A stretch of DNA of 64,000 nt, taken from Mobula hypostoma (taxonomy: Eukaryota). The position numbers and the translations under genes were made by a program. Positions 63,782 through 64,000 of the stretch are shown one piece after another. The notes under the pieces were generated by a model. It had not been told where the DNA came from. It did not search any database and was given only the letters and a program-made list of their open reading frames with translations. Where the stretch lies: NCBI RefSeq assembly GCF_963921235.1, contig NC_086097.1, positions 121,088,001 to 121,152,000 of the forward strand, in the 5' to 3' direction. Within the stretch, counting starts at the first letter, position 1. Each line of letters starts with the position of its first letter.

Positions 63782-63831
63782 GTTATTCTGCAGAATCTCA
63801 TGTTTAACATTACAATCATATTTATTGTTTT

Positions 63832-64000
63832 ATAGATAGATAGATATACTTTATTAATCCCAAGGGAAATTTGGTTTCGTTACAGCCGCACCAACCAAGA
63901 ATAGAGCGTAAATATAGCAATACAAAAAACCCCAACAATCAAACAACAAAATACAAACTATGCCAGATGGAAAGTAAGTCCAGGACCAGTCTATTGGCTC
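63832..64000 (-). mobile_element. LINE 3' end with a (TCTA)n tail, running off the window
   Basis: atagatagatagatatactttattaatccc: AATAAA followed by a microsatellite tail on the minus strand. Confidence 0.5.

Noticed and set aside
1..64000. CRISPR array, rRNA or prokaryotic operon
   Set aside because: No regularly spaced repeats or dense gene packing; the content is typical vertebrate intronic/intergenic DNA.

Overview
Vertebrate nuclear DNA, most likely a cartilaginous fish (shark or ray; inferred from the V-SINE/CR1/Rex1/Penelope repeat mix and a divergent but complete SOCS6). It holds one host gene: the single coding exon of SOCS6 on the minus strand (ATG 20927, stop 19314; splice acceptor at 21048-21049). 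The putative 3' UTR lies to the left and what is probably intron 1 to the right; no first exon or CpG island is recognisable. Most of the rest is decayed transposable elements: CR1 LINEs, Rex1/Babar and L1 fragments, Penelope-like (Neptune-type GIY-YIG) elements, two solo LTRs, Tc1, pogo/Tigger, hAT and Helitron derivatives, and tRNA-derived SINEs, often nested. The most striking pattern is four Penelope-like insertions with one shared architecture. Each has two 5'-truncated arms joined head-to-head with both 3' ends pointing outward, one arm stopping ~30-45 nt short of the other, minimal hammerhead-ribozyme motifs, and an exactly 14-bp target-site duplication. Also notable are an in-frame uORF upstream of SOCS6, two near-perfect hairpins in non-repeat DNA, and a palindrome cluster. 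No prokaryotic-type systems (CRISPR etc.) are present. All calls were made by eye; no database searches were run, and repeat boundaries without TSD/TIR support are approximate.
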